Assembly (NCBI GenBank): GCA_028534125.1
Contig: CM052816.1
Span: forward strand, 100,318,001-100,382,000
Length of the DNA stretch: 64,000 nucleotides
From: Lama glama
Taxonomy: Eukaryota
Direction: 5' to 3'
The notes below the pieces were generated by a model that was not told the origin of the DNA, ran no database searches, and saw nothing but the letters and a program-made list of their open reading frames with translations. Numbering within the stretch: position 1 is the stretch's first letter; every line of letters begins with the position of its first letter. This document shows, one piece after another, positions 12,274-24,808 of this stretch. The translations under genes were made by a program, and so were the position numbers.

Positions 12274-12899
12274 TCTCATGTGTTTACACAGAGACCTCTC
12301 CCTTGGGATCTACTCCATCCTACTGACTTACTTTCCTTCCCCATCCAATCTCAAGCATCACTTCCTTCACCAGTCCCAGTATCTGTAACCTCCTTGTAAT
12401 CTTAGTCTTCCCCCATAGTGAAAATCTCTGGAAGACAATCAATTCCGCGACCTTCAGGCTCTTACCCCTGACCTGCTGAAGGGCTCACGCAGCATGGCCT
12501 GCCCTTGGAAGGCCCACTGCAGACCGTCACTGTGGTCTTCAGGTGCCACCCTGGCCCCTGTCAGAAGCCTGCTATGCCCTAGACTTGAGAAAACTCAGCT
12601 ACCAACAGGGAGTTCTTTCAACTCTCCACTCTTTATCTAAATAGTCATTTTCCTAATATATATCTTCTTATGCTTCCTTTCCTACATTTGCCCATTATAA
12701 CCCTACTTCTTGCCCTGGATGCTGGATGTTCTTCCTGGTTTTTCAGTCATCTTAGAACCATTTATCTCCTCAACTTGGTTCTCATTGGGTGAGCATCTAT
12801 GTATGTGAGTGTGTTTGCTTGTTTTCTTTCTCAGCCTACAACTCTCTCTTTTTATAGCCAGATTTCTTAAAGTAGTATACTTTTATTTTCATTTTCTGA

Positions 12900-15800
12900 A
12901 TCTCCTTTTTTTAAATTTGGAAAAAATGCATAAATATTAGTGTGAAGCATGCTCATCTTAAGTGTACACTGAACAAATTGATGAATTTGCATCTTCCCAT
13001 ATGCTTTGTAGCCACAACCCAGTTCAATAGTAGATGAAACACATTGAGTACAATTTATCCCTTCTCTGCCCAAAAAGAGCCACTATTTGACTTTTATCTC
13101 AATAGATCACTCTTGTTTCATGTCAAACTCCCTACAAGCAGACTCATACAATACAGCAGGTGCTTTTTTGTGTATGGGTTTTATTGTTCGGCCTAAGGTT
13201 TGTGGGAGTCATGCACATAGGTGGAACCAAGATCATTACTTTACATTATTTTTATGGTTATATAGTAATACAGTCTATGACTCCATAATTTTTATTCATT
13301 TTCCTGTTGCATTTTTTGTTTATTATGAATAAATTTTCTAGAAACATTTTTATACCCTTTTGTGGACAGACAGGCTAATTCTCTTGGGCCCACACTGAGA
13401 AATGGGATTGCTGGTTCAGTACGGATGTGTATTTAGCTAGGGTAGTTACTGTCAAACAGATCTCAAGTGGTTGTACAAATTTATTGCTAAAAATAATGTA
13501 GCAGAATTCCATTGTCCTTGCATCCTGATCAACACTTGGAATTGCCTGTCTTTCTCATTTATTCCTCATGGTGGGTGTGTAGGAGTCTCAGATGATGGGT
13601 TTTAATTTGCATGTCCTTGCTGATTAATGATGGCAAGTACATTTGCTTATTGGCCTTTTAATATTCCTTTTTATAAAAAGCCTATGTAAGTCTTTTGCCC
13701 TGTTCTAACTTGATGATTACTTTTTCTTATTGAGTTGTTAGAGTTCTTACATGTCCTGGTTGTGAGATATTTGTCAGATGTATTTAATGCAAATATATTC
13801 TCCCAGCTGGGGCTTATTATTTTTTTTTTCATTCTTCTGAAGTTTTTCGACAAACAGAAGTTCTTAACTTTTTAAATACAGACAGGAAATTCTCACAGGA
13901 CAATTACTTGAGAAAATAATCCTTATCGAATCATAGTATATTTTTCATTTCTCTGTGTATTCTTTAATTTCTTTCAGCTATGCTTTCTGGTTTTCAGTGT
14001 AGAAGTTATGCATAGGGTCCCTCAGGTTGATTCCTATGTATTTAATATTCCTTGTTGCTATGAGCAGGTGCCAGCAACCTGAGACCCACAGGCCAGATTG
14101 AGCCTCTAGCCTATTTCCATACAACCTGTGAGCTAAGAATTATTCTCATGTTTTTAAAAGACCACTAAGAAAAAAAAGAGAGAACAAAGAATATGCAGTA
14201 GAAACTATATGTGGTATACAACCCTGGATTATTCATTATCTGGCCCTTTAAAAAGTTTGCTGACCTCTAATAATAATAAAAATTTGCTTTTCAATTGTTT
14301 GATACTTGTACATGAAAACACTGTTTTTACATTGACTTTGAATTCAGTGTCCTTATAAAATTCACATTAACTTTACTGGTCTATAGATTGTTTCAGACTT
14401 TTTACAAACATAATCATGGTAAATAAAGAGTAATTTTATTTCAATTTTTACAACTTTTGTTTCTTTTTCTTGCCTTATTTAATGTATTTGCATTTCTAGA
14501 AGATTGTTGAATAGAAGTATTGACAGCAAACATTCTCAGACTACTCTCAATCTTAGAGAAGGAAGCTTTGATATTTAAGTGAAATGTCAACTGCAGGTGT
14601 TTTTGTTTTTGTTTTGTTTTGTTTTTAAAACTGTTACCATATTGGGAAGCTTTTCTTTCCATTTCTACTTTGATGGAGGTTTTTATTAAGAGCAGGTTGT
14701 GAATTTTATTAGACATTTGCTTCTAGTGAATCTAATAAATGATCATGCGGTTTTTCTCCTTTATTCTGTTAATATGGTAACTCACAGTGATTAAATTTCA
14801 GGTATCCAAGTAAACATATATATTCCTGCAACAACCAGGATACTTTATTAATTTTATGTAGACTCATTCTCTTTACAAGCATTTTGCTCAGGATTTTTGT
14901 TTCTATATTTATAAAAGATACTGGTCCACAATTTTATTTGCGCATAATGTTCTTCTTAGATTTTTATTTCAGGATTATGCCAGCCTCATAAATTGAGCTG
15001 GGAATTGCTTCTATTTTCTCTGTTTTCTGAAGAGTTTGGATAATAGCCTTACCACTTCCTTAAATACTTAGAAGAATTCACCAGTGAAGCTCTCTGGGTC
15101 GGAAGGTTGTTGGCAGGTAAGTTTCCAACTGTAGATTCAATATTGCCGACAGATATAGGACTTATTAGATTCTGTATTTATTCCTGTGTCAGTTTTTTGT
15201 CCTAATAAAATGCATATTTTCAAGAATGTATCAGTTTCAAGGAAAGTCCACTTCAAATTGATTGACAAAGGTGTTACCTTTCTAACGTTTGCAGATGCTG
15301 TAATAGTACATTCTTTGCATTTATACTCAGTGCACCTTTTGCAAGCAGCACATAGTTGAATCTTATATTTTCTCCCAGAATGACAGTCTTCGCAGTTTGA
15401 GTGAAATGTTTAATGTACTTGCATTTAGCATAATTACTTATATATTTGATTCAAGTTAACCACCTGGATATTTTTTATCAATTTTTTTCCTCTTTGTTTC
15501 CATTCTTTTATTCTTTTTCATCTCTTTTTGGCTTAATTTTTTTGAATATATATATATATATATTTTTAAGTTTTTTTGTAGTTACCCTAAAAATTACTAT
15601 AGACATCTTTGACTAATTATGATTTACTTTAAATAGATATGATTACTATTTCCTGAACTTTGAGAAAAAATCTTACAACAGTTTATTTACTCTCTCTTTT
15701 TGTGTTATTTTTGTAATATACTTAATAGGTCCATAAATTACAAATGTCTAAAATTATAATTATTTGTTTTTGCTTTACCCAGACAACATTGCTCCGTATA

Positions 15801-16450
15801 TTTACTGACATATTTACATTTTCAGGTGCTCTTCGGTCTTCTCTGAAGTTGCGTGCTTCCATGTGGTATTACTATTATTCATCCTGAAGACCACTCTGTG
15901 ATACTTGTTACAGCACGTTTGCGGGAAATAAGTTCTAGGTTGGCGGACTTCACCCAACTCTTTAAACATCTATTGTCTTCTGGCTTCCATAACTTCAGTT
16001 CAAAAGTCATCTGTAATTCTAAGTTTTGCTCCTTTGGTGCAATGTTTTCTGTGCCTTAAGCTTACTTTAGGATTGTTCTTTCTTTATCTTTGCTTTTTTA
16101 GGGAATTTGACCGTGATGTGCCTTGGTATACGTTTTTCTTGTTGAATTGTGTTTTGTTTTTGTTACTTTGAGTTCACTGAGCTTCTAGAATCAGTGGGTC
16201 AATGTTTTCTTTTATCAGTTTGTAAAATGCTTAGTCATTATCTTTTCCAGTGTTTCTTCTCCCCTTTATTTCTGGTCTTCTTCTGATCTCCAACTGTACT
16301 TTATGTGAGATGATTTGACCACAGCCCATGTGTGTATTTCTATTCTCTCTCTCTGTCTGTCTCTATCTTTCAGTTTGGAGACTTTCTATTAGCCTGTGTT
16401 TGAATTCACTAATCCTTTCTTCTGCTGTGTCCAGTCCTCTATGAGTGTCT
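12900..16450 (-). mobile_element. Old, fragmented LINE-1 (L1M-type), antisense
   Basis: T-rich block with decayed antisense ORF2 and 3'UTR motifs (ttttaatttgcatgtccttgctgattaatgat; tttttctcctttattctgttaatatgg; agaattcaccagtgaagc). No intact ORF. Confidence 0.8.
14065..14269. mobile_element. MER58-like hAT-Charlie non-autonomous DNA transposon nested in L1
   Basis: caggtgccagcaac...gagctaagaat...agaatatgcagtagaaactatatgtgg...tatctggccctttaaaaagtttgctgacctct, with decayed terminal inverted repeats. Confidence 0.75.
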
Positions 16451-17759
16451 ATTGGCAAAACCCAAATCACTCTACTTTGTCTGATTTGCAAGGGAATCTA
16501 GGCAAGCGATCTGGCATAAAATAAGATACTCACCAAACATTGAGAGAAATTCATAGGTTGGGTGGGCAAAGTTAATGACAAATGGCAAATATCTACTATG
16601 TTTAATATAGCATGCTTTCCTAAAGCTTATTTACCACATCTTTTATTTTTTAGTTATTTTATTTTTTCCTTGGTTTGTTTATAATTTTAGTTTCTGTAAA
16701 TGTCTACCTTTCTCTCAAATTTATTTTCAGAACTGTGTAAATTCACTTATTTCTTTTGTCTATGATTGTATAGTCTCCCTTTTAAATATTTATGTTTACA
16801 TTTTAGTTCATGTTTTAATAGCTGATATGATCTACAATTTCTTTGGGATTACAGTGAACCAATAGTCTGAACTCTTTAGATAGTTTTTTCACGTATATTA
16901 TTCACTTACTTTTTTTAAAGCTTATATTACTTTTCTTCTTTTATTTTCTCAACTATTGGACCAGGTCTCATTTTGATTTCTTCATGATTATTACTCATTT
17001 TGTGATGCCCAGATCTCTGTTAAAGAGAGCCTAGGAAAGGAAAAGTGGAAGAATATTTGGAAAAATATTTAGCTTTTAATGGGACTTGATGTCTCAAATA
17101 AATCTTGAGAAATCTGATAATCATTTTATCTGAGAAATTCATGCCCCCTAATTTCCAGGCATTTCCTGCACAAGCTCTCCACAGTGCTGCTGGGCCGTGC
17201 TGCCTCCTCCTCTGGCCTCACTTCTATGCCCCCAGAGTCAGTTCCTCCTCAAGGAAGCCAAGCTGTAGATGGTGGAAATGCTTGTCAGCATAATTTCCCC
17301 ATAAGCTTTCACTTCCCTGACATTACTTGATATTGAACTGAGTCTGCTTTCCCATGGTCCAGCTACAGCCCTAGTTCTCAAAGCACTTAGAACAACATAT
17401 TTGGTAATGGTTGTCACATATGTGTCACTGTTGAAGATCTGGCACATTTTCACAGAATTTGGCTTATCGTCCTCCTGGTTTGTAGTTGGTCGTTTTGGAA
17501 ATGCCTTTGTTTAATTGAAGATGGTATTTCTTTTTTTAAAAAATTATTTTCCCTTTGTTTTGCTTCTCCTGTTTTGATGCTGGGGAGTGGTGTTTAGACA
17601 CGAAGCCCATACTTTCATCATCTTTTGTTCTGCCTTCCACACATTGCCTTCAATACCAACTCTTAACCCTCCGCAGAAACTGCTCTGGCAAAGTTTATGG
17701 GTTTCTGTTTTTCTGCTGCTTCCCGGGAGGGATTCAAAACTGCAGATGTGATTGCAATA

Positions 17760-17830
17760 CTCACATGTGCACTCAAACTCTCACACACACACTTGCATTC
17801 ACTTACACATTCAAGCTCACAACACACAGT
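17760..17830. repeat. Degenerate (CA)n microsatellite
   Basis: ctcacacacacacttgcattcacttacacattcaagctcacaacacacag. Confidence 0.6.
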
Positions 17831-18454
17831 GTGGGTGGAGGAGGAGTGGACAGGCAGAGGATTGGTGATTCCATCCTTGACTCCTTGCTGGTGTGCAGAC
17901 ACTTCAGCAGCACGTCTGGGCATTGGTCTGCTCACTTGTTGCCTGGGTGGTGGCCCCTGAGCCAGCTGCCTCAGGGCCAGTGGTGATACCAGAGATTCCA
18001 TGTGGGCAGGGCAGACCGCTGGCACCCAGGGTGTCACTGTTGTTGGCTGCAGTCTGCACAGTAGTGTTGGGGCTTAAAGAACCAGACCACTGAACCTCTT
18101 TTGCTTTTGCTTCTTGCAAAATGCTTTTCTGAAGCTGATTCGGAATCTCCCTGACCTTGGAGCACTGCATCCTGCCTTCAGCCTTCGTTCTGCACAGCCC
18201 CACCAAACAAGCTCACGTGTCTCCTGACTTAGCCCATTAACGCTGTGTCAGCTGCTCAGGGCTCGCAGAGCCAGGAGGGGCCCAGATAAGCCAGAGGACG
18301 AGGGTCTCTGGAGCTGGGACCACCGGTACAGTGGGCACGTGGCCACTGAGCTCCCATAGCTGCTTTGGTTACTTCCTGGTAATTCATTTGGGATTGATTT
18401 GTTCTGGTGGAAGGACCAGCCCACAGGTACCCATAGTCCTAGTACAGTCACCTC

Positions 18455-18552
18455 CCTGATGGAAATGGCATGTGACATTTCCACTGGCATTTCATTGGCC
18501 AAGACAAGTCACATGGCCACACCTGCTGTGGGGAACAAGGAAGTACAACCCC
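18455..18552 (-). mobile_element. MLT1 (old MaLR LTR) fragment
   Basis: catttcattggccaagacaagtcacatggccacacct...ggaagtacaa, a motif typical of MLT1. Confidence 0.55.
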
Positions 18553-19517
18553 TTGAAGGAGTGCAGAGCAAGTGACATGGGCCACAGCAGAGCCAAGCAG
18601 AGCAGGGGTCCTGGAGATGGGCCCAGACCTGACAGAGTCGTCCTGATCCTCTGCTGGCACCAGCCCGAGTATTAACAGCCTCCTTTGGAGCTGCTATGCA
18701 GGCAATGGGCTGTGTCCGTGCTCGCATGGACGACTAGGACACAGTTGGAACAAAGAATACAGTGCTGAAAATGTGGGGTGGAAAGTATAAAAAAGCACAC
18801 ATCCATGTGTCATTAAACAAAACTGCAATCAACACCTTTGAATATTTACAATAGGAGCTGAAATTTTATCCCTAAATCTGTAAATATCTAATATCAGTAT
18901 TAGCCAGCTAATCTCTAACATTCACTGGCAGCCAAAGGTCAAAGTCTATGGTTTGGGGAAAACCCCATTTCTATCACTGAAGGACAATGACTAAGGACCA
19001 GCCCTCTCACGGATGGGGACGAGGATTCAAAACCATTGGTAACAGAGCTAGAAGCCACAGAGGCCAAAGGTGGCATCACCCTTGGGAGCACAGAGAGAGG
19101 CAGGAGGACCGGGTATCACCGAGAGCAAGAGATAAGACAGAAGCGGCTTGCTCCTCACCCTGGTAACAGGTCTAAACTAATTCTGGCTGCGCTGATGCTG
19201 CCCCAGGGTGCAGTCTCCATGATCACACACACACAGCTGATAACCAGCAAGAAGAGGGCGCTGACCCTGGTGCTGATCTGATGAGCGATCCCTGCTCACT
19301 TACCTGCCACCATGGGTGTGTCTGCGGAGCTGTGAGTGGACTTATTCACTGGAGACTCCTTTAGCCCAGCACTCTGCTGGAAGCGCTGGAAAGAAGGCAG
19401 GTCTGGAGCAGGGCCTGCAGGGACCTGGAGGGCCGCCTGCAGGCTCCCCACCCCTGGGGAGGAAGAGCTTCTCCTGACACTGGGCAGAGGTTTTTATGCT
19501 GTAATCCTTAACCATTG

Positions 19518-19806
19518 TTTTAACCGAAGCTGAGTTGATTTACAGCCTTGTGTTGGTTCCTGGTGCACAGCACAGTGATTCAGTTACATGTGTCTACGTT
19601 TTCTATTTCATTATGGGTTGCTCAAGCCACTGAATATAGTTCCCTGTGGGTACAATGGGCCCTTGTTAATCTGGTCCGTACACCATGGTCTGTACCTGCT
19701 GATCCCAACTCCCAGTTTACCTCCCCTCCCCCGTCCCCTCTGGTGGCCGTGAGCTTGTTCTCTGTGTCTGTAAGGCTCTTCCTGACATCGATGTGCTGTG
19801 GTTTAT
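19518..19806 (-). mobile_element. Cetartiodactyl-type L1 3' end, antisense, GC-shifted
   Basis: gttgatttacagccttgtgttggttcctggtgcacagcacagtgattcagttaca...ctgaatatagttccctgtg; same family as 10821-11075 in reverse orientation. Confidence 0.8.
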
Positions 19807-20999
19807 GACTTTGTAGCAGCTTGTTAGGCAGATCTCATAAAACCTGCCACTCTTCCTTACGTAATCCTGTCCAGCTATTGTTCAGTTTAGTGTCTGTTTG
19901 TTTGTCTTGTCTGACCGAGTGACCCTGAATGACCTGTCTTTACCCTCATTTGCTCCCAGAGAGCAGTAATAATTACAATAGTGCAGTCACTGCCACCAGC
20001 ACTGTCCACTGACCTCACTTACCTCCACCCTGAGGACAGTCCTGCAAGGACAGGAATGGAGACCCGGTGAAGACGGCGTGCTTTGCTCCAGGGCACGCAG
20101 TGAGTGAGCAGTGGGTTTGAGCCCGGTTCTGCTGGATCCAGTCACCAAGAGCAGCTCTACTCTGTGGAGTCCGTCCGTCTGGCACCTCTGCCATCAGTCT
20201 GATGAGCCACAGACTCACACGCCGACTTTCTTGTGGGACCTCCTGTTTACTAATTAGCTTCACTGACTTCACTCCTTCCTCCTTGGAGAAGAACTCATTT
20301 ATTTGATGATGTATGATTTTTGAGCCACTTTCACAAGCTGTGGGGAAGGTCAGAGGGGCTCACAATGTCCTGGAGCTGCTGCTCTTTGACACCCTCCCGG
20401 CCAGTGAAGACAGGGGCTCGGCTGCCTGAGTGCCAGGTCTTAGCAATGCAGCCGCCGCGCTCGATCTGCGAAGGAAACCTGAAATCAAACACGGAAGCAT
20501 ACGTTTAATTATATTTTTAAAAGAAAATGTAATCGTTACTCAATTGTCCCTTCCTAATGACTGTCTAAAAGACAATTAACAATATATACGCCCATGAATA
20601 AGAAAGAGTCTGGCATTTTAGCCCATTAGAGTTCTTGTGTTCAAGAATAATTGAATCTCTGTCCACTATGATTCCAGAAAATTATAGGGAAGAGACAGTC
20701 TCAGCCACATGAGTGGGGATTTAAAGCTGACATGGTCTGACACTTCACAGTTAGTTTGCCTAATGAATGTATGACCTTACAACGGGCTCTTCCCAAAGCG
20801 TTTTCCCACGTACTCCATCACTGGGGTTGACCCCCTTTCTGAGTGTTTGGCTTAAGGGTTCCCTGGAGATATGAGCAGACAACACATCTGCCCACTCTCC
20901 TCCTAGACCCCCGGCCCGCACGCCCCAACCTGCCTCTGACCCGACCGCTCCCTCGTGTGGCTGTCAGAGCGCTGGCATCACTTTGTGCTTCCGAGGGTC

Positions 21000-21850
21000 T
21001 GTGCTTGCGGAGTTGTGTTTCTGGAGTCCTTCCCTACTCTCAGTCTCCGCACGGCCACCAGCTCCCCGCCAGCCTGGAGCCGTGCGCTCCACGTCTACGT
21101 CTTTCTCTTGAGCCCGCCACTGCGTGCGGTATAAGGAAAGGAGCCAGTTTCATTTTTCTCAAATAGCGAGTCTCGTCCCCCAGGACCCTCTGCCAAACCA
21201 CAGATGCACTCTCTGTTGATGTCGGTGCCACCTTTCCCATGGATTTTGTCCTTGTCGGTGCATGGCTGTACCTCTGAGCCCTCTGCTGGGTCCCCTGCAC
21301 TTCGCCCGGTCTTATGCCAGCACCGCCCTGTGGTTATGATCAGGATGGTGTGTGCCTTAACACCTGGGAGGGCTGGAACGCTGTTTTCCGTCCTACAAGG
21401 TTTGCATAGGTCTTCATGAAAGTTTATTCTTCCATTAGATTTTGAATTTACAGCACATCAATCTAGAATGTGAGCTGGGCTTTCGTTCATCTTATAGACT
21501 AATTTTGAGGGAACTGGCATCTTTAAATGTAAAGCTGTCCCAGCTCTGAGCAGAGAAAATCTCCCCCATTTATTCAGATCAGATTCTCTGTCCTATGTCA
21601 AAACTTCAAATGCTTCTTTACAGAGATATTGTGTGTGCCTGGTACTATGAATTCCAGATATTTATAGTTTCTGTGGCCACCGTAAATAATTTGTGCCTTT
21701 GAATGCCATCACTGCTTCAAAGACGTGCTACGGATTTTTGCATCTGGCAAACTTTCTGAACTTATCGGTTCTAACAGTTTGTCTAGTAAATCTGTTATTT
21801 TTTTCTGAGAGGATCATTGTGTCATCTGTCAGAAGTAATTCTAGCTTTTC
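21000..21850 (-). mobile_element. Very old LINE-1 ORF2 remnant, antisense
   Basis: ttattcttccattagattttgaattta...tcccccatttattcagatc...ggatcattgtgtcatctgtcagaagtaattctagc resembles antisense L1 ORF2. Confidence 0.55.
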
Positions 21851-22108
21851 TCTCGGTCTCGCAACACCAGGAACCAGGCGGTCATGGCCATCGGCTAGGC
21901 AATCCCTAAGGACCTCCCTGGCGTCGGGAGAACCCCCTTCCCTCAGTGGCCACAGAACAGCCGGGATCAGCCTTCGTGACCACCTGTGAAGTAGATACCA
22001 CTACCGTCCTCGGTGACTCTGGGGCTTGGAGACCTTCTGTGACTCAGACAGTGATCCGTTTAAGCACCTTCAGGTGCAAAGACATCCCATCGTGTCCCCC
22101 ATCTCCCA

Positions 22109-22139
22109 CCTGACCCTGACCCTAACCCTAGCCCTGACC
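22109..22139. repeat. Short degenerate telomere-like hexamer array
   Basis: cctga ccctga ccctaa ccctag ccctga cc. Confidence 0.6.
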
Positions 22140-23457
22140 ATCACTGTCTTCGGGTGAGACCCAGGGCTCTGGAGAGCCAGCAGCCTGGTGGTGTGTACAG
22201 CTGCCCCACGAGTCAGCGAAACCTCAGAACGCTCTCATCCTCTTCGCCCTCCCTTGTCTTCCCTCCGCCAGTCAGGGCTGTGGGCCCTGCCTGCAGGGTT
22301 ACCTGGGGAGTCTCTGCACAGATGGAAATCACCCCCCCTTGTGTTTTCCCTGTGAGCTCGGAGCAGGAAGCCACCAGGGACCCGTGATGCCTTCTGTGGG
22401 CGGGACACAAGAGCCCATTCCCATGGGAAGCGTGGCTCGGCCACCCTGAGAGTTGGCGAGGTCAGACTCTCTGAGTCACACCATCTCGTGCACCCAGTTA
22501 GAGACAGAGATGCCACGTCCCCCCCACCCCGCACATGTCACTCGTCGTCTCTAAGAAGGAAAACATCAACAGGAATCTTTAAGTGGCTTTTAACTATAAA
22601 AACGATTACGAAGTTGCTCCAGTTGAGGAGAGAGGGAGGAAGATGACGCCGGCTTCAGAATCGTCCTGATAATTTCCCGCGTGGCCCTGCCAGTCAGAGC
22701 CTGCCCACACTCTCCGACATTTAGGGTTTTTTTCTTTTTCCCCTAAGAACACTCATGACATGCTTATGTCGCTCAAACTCCCAGAGACCGAGATGTTCAA
22801 CTGGGAAGTCTCAGTTTCTGATGGACAGGGCCAAGGCAGCAGAGAATGGGAGAAAACTTTTCTTCCGCCCACAGGTGCCTGTAGGGGACAAGGACGCCCT
22901 CCTGGGAGCCAGGTTACAGGAACTCAAGGTCCCCTGGGAGCCCCCAGCCCCACCTCTCCTGTGTGGAGCTCCCAACGTCCCCCTGGTTCTGAGCAAGCTC
23001 AGAGGCTCCCGCCTGCGCCCGGAATTCAGCCTCTTCCCGGTCAATCATATTGAAGCCGGGAGGGCAGACGGGAGGCAGGGCTGTGCTGAGCTCAGAGACT
23101 GAAAAGGCGTCCTCCCCCTCGGCCTCTGGAGTCCCAGACACACTCCAGGGTCCCGCTCTGCACACTGAAGAGCCATCAATGTCTCTGCAGTTCACTTCGG
23201 ACCGGTCGGCCTGGACCGTCCTGGCGTCCCAGCATCCTGGCGAAGGTCCCTGAGCTGCCCTCTCTCTGCACCAGGCCACCAAACGTGAGCCCAAAGTGTG
23301 CGCCTTCCTCTTCTGCAAGTGAAAGTAATGATCCTCTTCATGTTTCTCTCTTCTATTGTTAGGAGGTTGGACTTTCCAGGACAGCCAGTTCCTTCTGGGG
23401 GAAATGGATGGCACGTTCCCACTGCCACCCTGAAAGTCCAGTCTGGGGTTTTCCTGG

Positions 23458-23503
23458 CCCCACTGCAGTCCCCACTGCAGTCCCCACCGCATCCCCACTG
23501 TCC
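23458..23503. repeat. 12-bp tandem repeat, about 3.5 copies
   Basis: ccccactgcagt ccccactgcagt ccccaccgcat ccccactgt. Confidence 0.85.
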
Positions 23504-24707
23504 TGACTCCATCCCAGGATACAGGCCAAACAAAATGCAGCCAACTGGCGTCTTAGGCTGAGCGCCCCTCGTCTGTCGTGGCCGTGGTGCTGCCGAGGAC
23601 AGCGCTGAGGTTTTCGCTGATCGGTCCCGCAGCCTTGTGATGTTCCAGCATTCTCTCTTCCAGGAGCCGCACAGAGATCTTTGTCCCTGTGGGTCTTCAA
23701 ATAAAAAGCAGTTTCTTTATCAATTTTTAACACCGCACACCCTGCCCGCCAGCCTCACAGATGAGTCGTGTCAGGATGTGACCACTCATGTCTGAAGCTC
23801 AAAGTGGAGCTGCTTCCATTTGTAAACACGTGTGGGCAAAGCGGGACGTGAGTGTCACTTCCCTGTGCCCCGTGTTGCACGGTGACCGCAGCCCTGCCGG
23901 CCGCCTTGGGTGCTGCCCAGGGATGCATTACTCAGGAGCATTTTGTTCAAATTCTGACGTCCTGCACAGCTTTCCACTCCGTGCGGCACCAGGGTGACTG
24001 CTGGTGCCCCGAGCGCCTTCACGGCAGGACGAGCAGCCCAGGCCCTGGCCCACCCGCTGGCCGGTCCCGCCTGGCTGTGGAGCGGAGGGCAGCCCCGTGG
24101 CTGCAGGAGCCGGGCTGACACGGGGAGAGAGGCAAGCGTGGAGGTGAGGACGGATGCCCATCAAAACCCACCCATCGAATCCGCGCCGGCCCGCACCCCA
24201 GGGGACAGAACCTGCGGAGCAAGGACCTGAGGAGGCTGACACCCACAGTGGAGCTGGAAACAGCCCTACGTGGACTCGGCTGCTTCTTGTGGCCCACTCG
24301 CTCCCAGCTGGAGGTGCCGTCCCTGCTTGGCGTCAGGAGGGTGTGGGTCACAGCCCGAGGCAGGCCTGGCACCCAGGCTGAGGTCTCAGTGGCACTCAGT
24401 CTCTGGTCTCGGTCAGAGCGATGCTGCCCCCTCCTCCGCCCCCGCCTTCGCACAGCCGGCAGACAGCGGACGGGAGCGGCAGGGGCGAGGCTCCTGGTCT
24501 GCGGTTAGGCTGCCCCGAGCCTGGGGTTTGCAGAGTGTCGTCCTCGTGTCCCCGTCCCTGCCCTCTGCTTTCCTCTCGTCAACTCTGAGCTTCCTCATTT
24601 ACATGCAGATAATGGCAGAGCCTCCCTCTTCAGGTGGCTGCCCTGCTAATGAGGTAGTCACAGCCAGCCTCCGAGGACGGCGCCTGGCTGGCAATAGCCT
24701 CGCTGGC

Positions 24708-24808
24708 GCCAGCTCTGACACGCGCACTGATATGAGATCGGACACGCTCACCAACACCAGCTCTGACACACTCACTGACACCAGCTCTGACACACGCACT
24801 GACATTAG
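24708..24808. repeat. 24-bp minisatellite, about 4 copies
   Basis: Unit approximately accagctctgacacactcactgac; translates as SSDTRTDM/RSDTLTNT/SSDTLTDT/SSDTRTDI in the ORF track. Confidence 0.85.

Noticed and set aside
19306..19335. Perfect Kozak GCCACCATGG on the plus strand
   Set aside because: Frame closes after seven codons (MGVSAEL*) and there is no promoter context
24708..24808. CRISPR-like or coding repeat array
   Set aside because: Contiguous tandem units with no unique spacers, in a mammalian context; ordinary minisatellite
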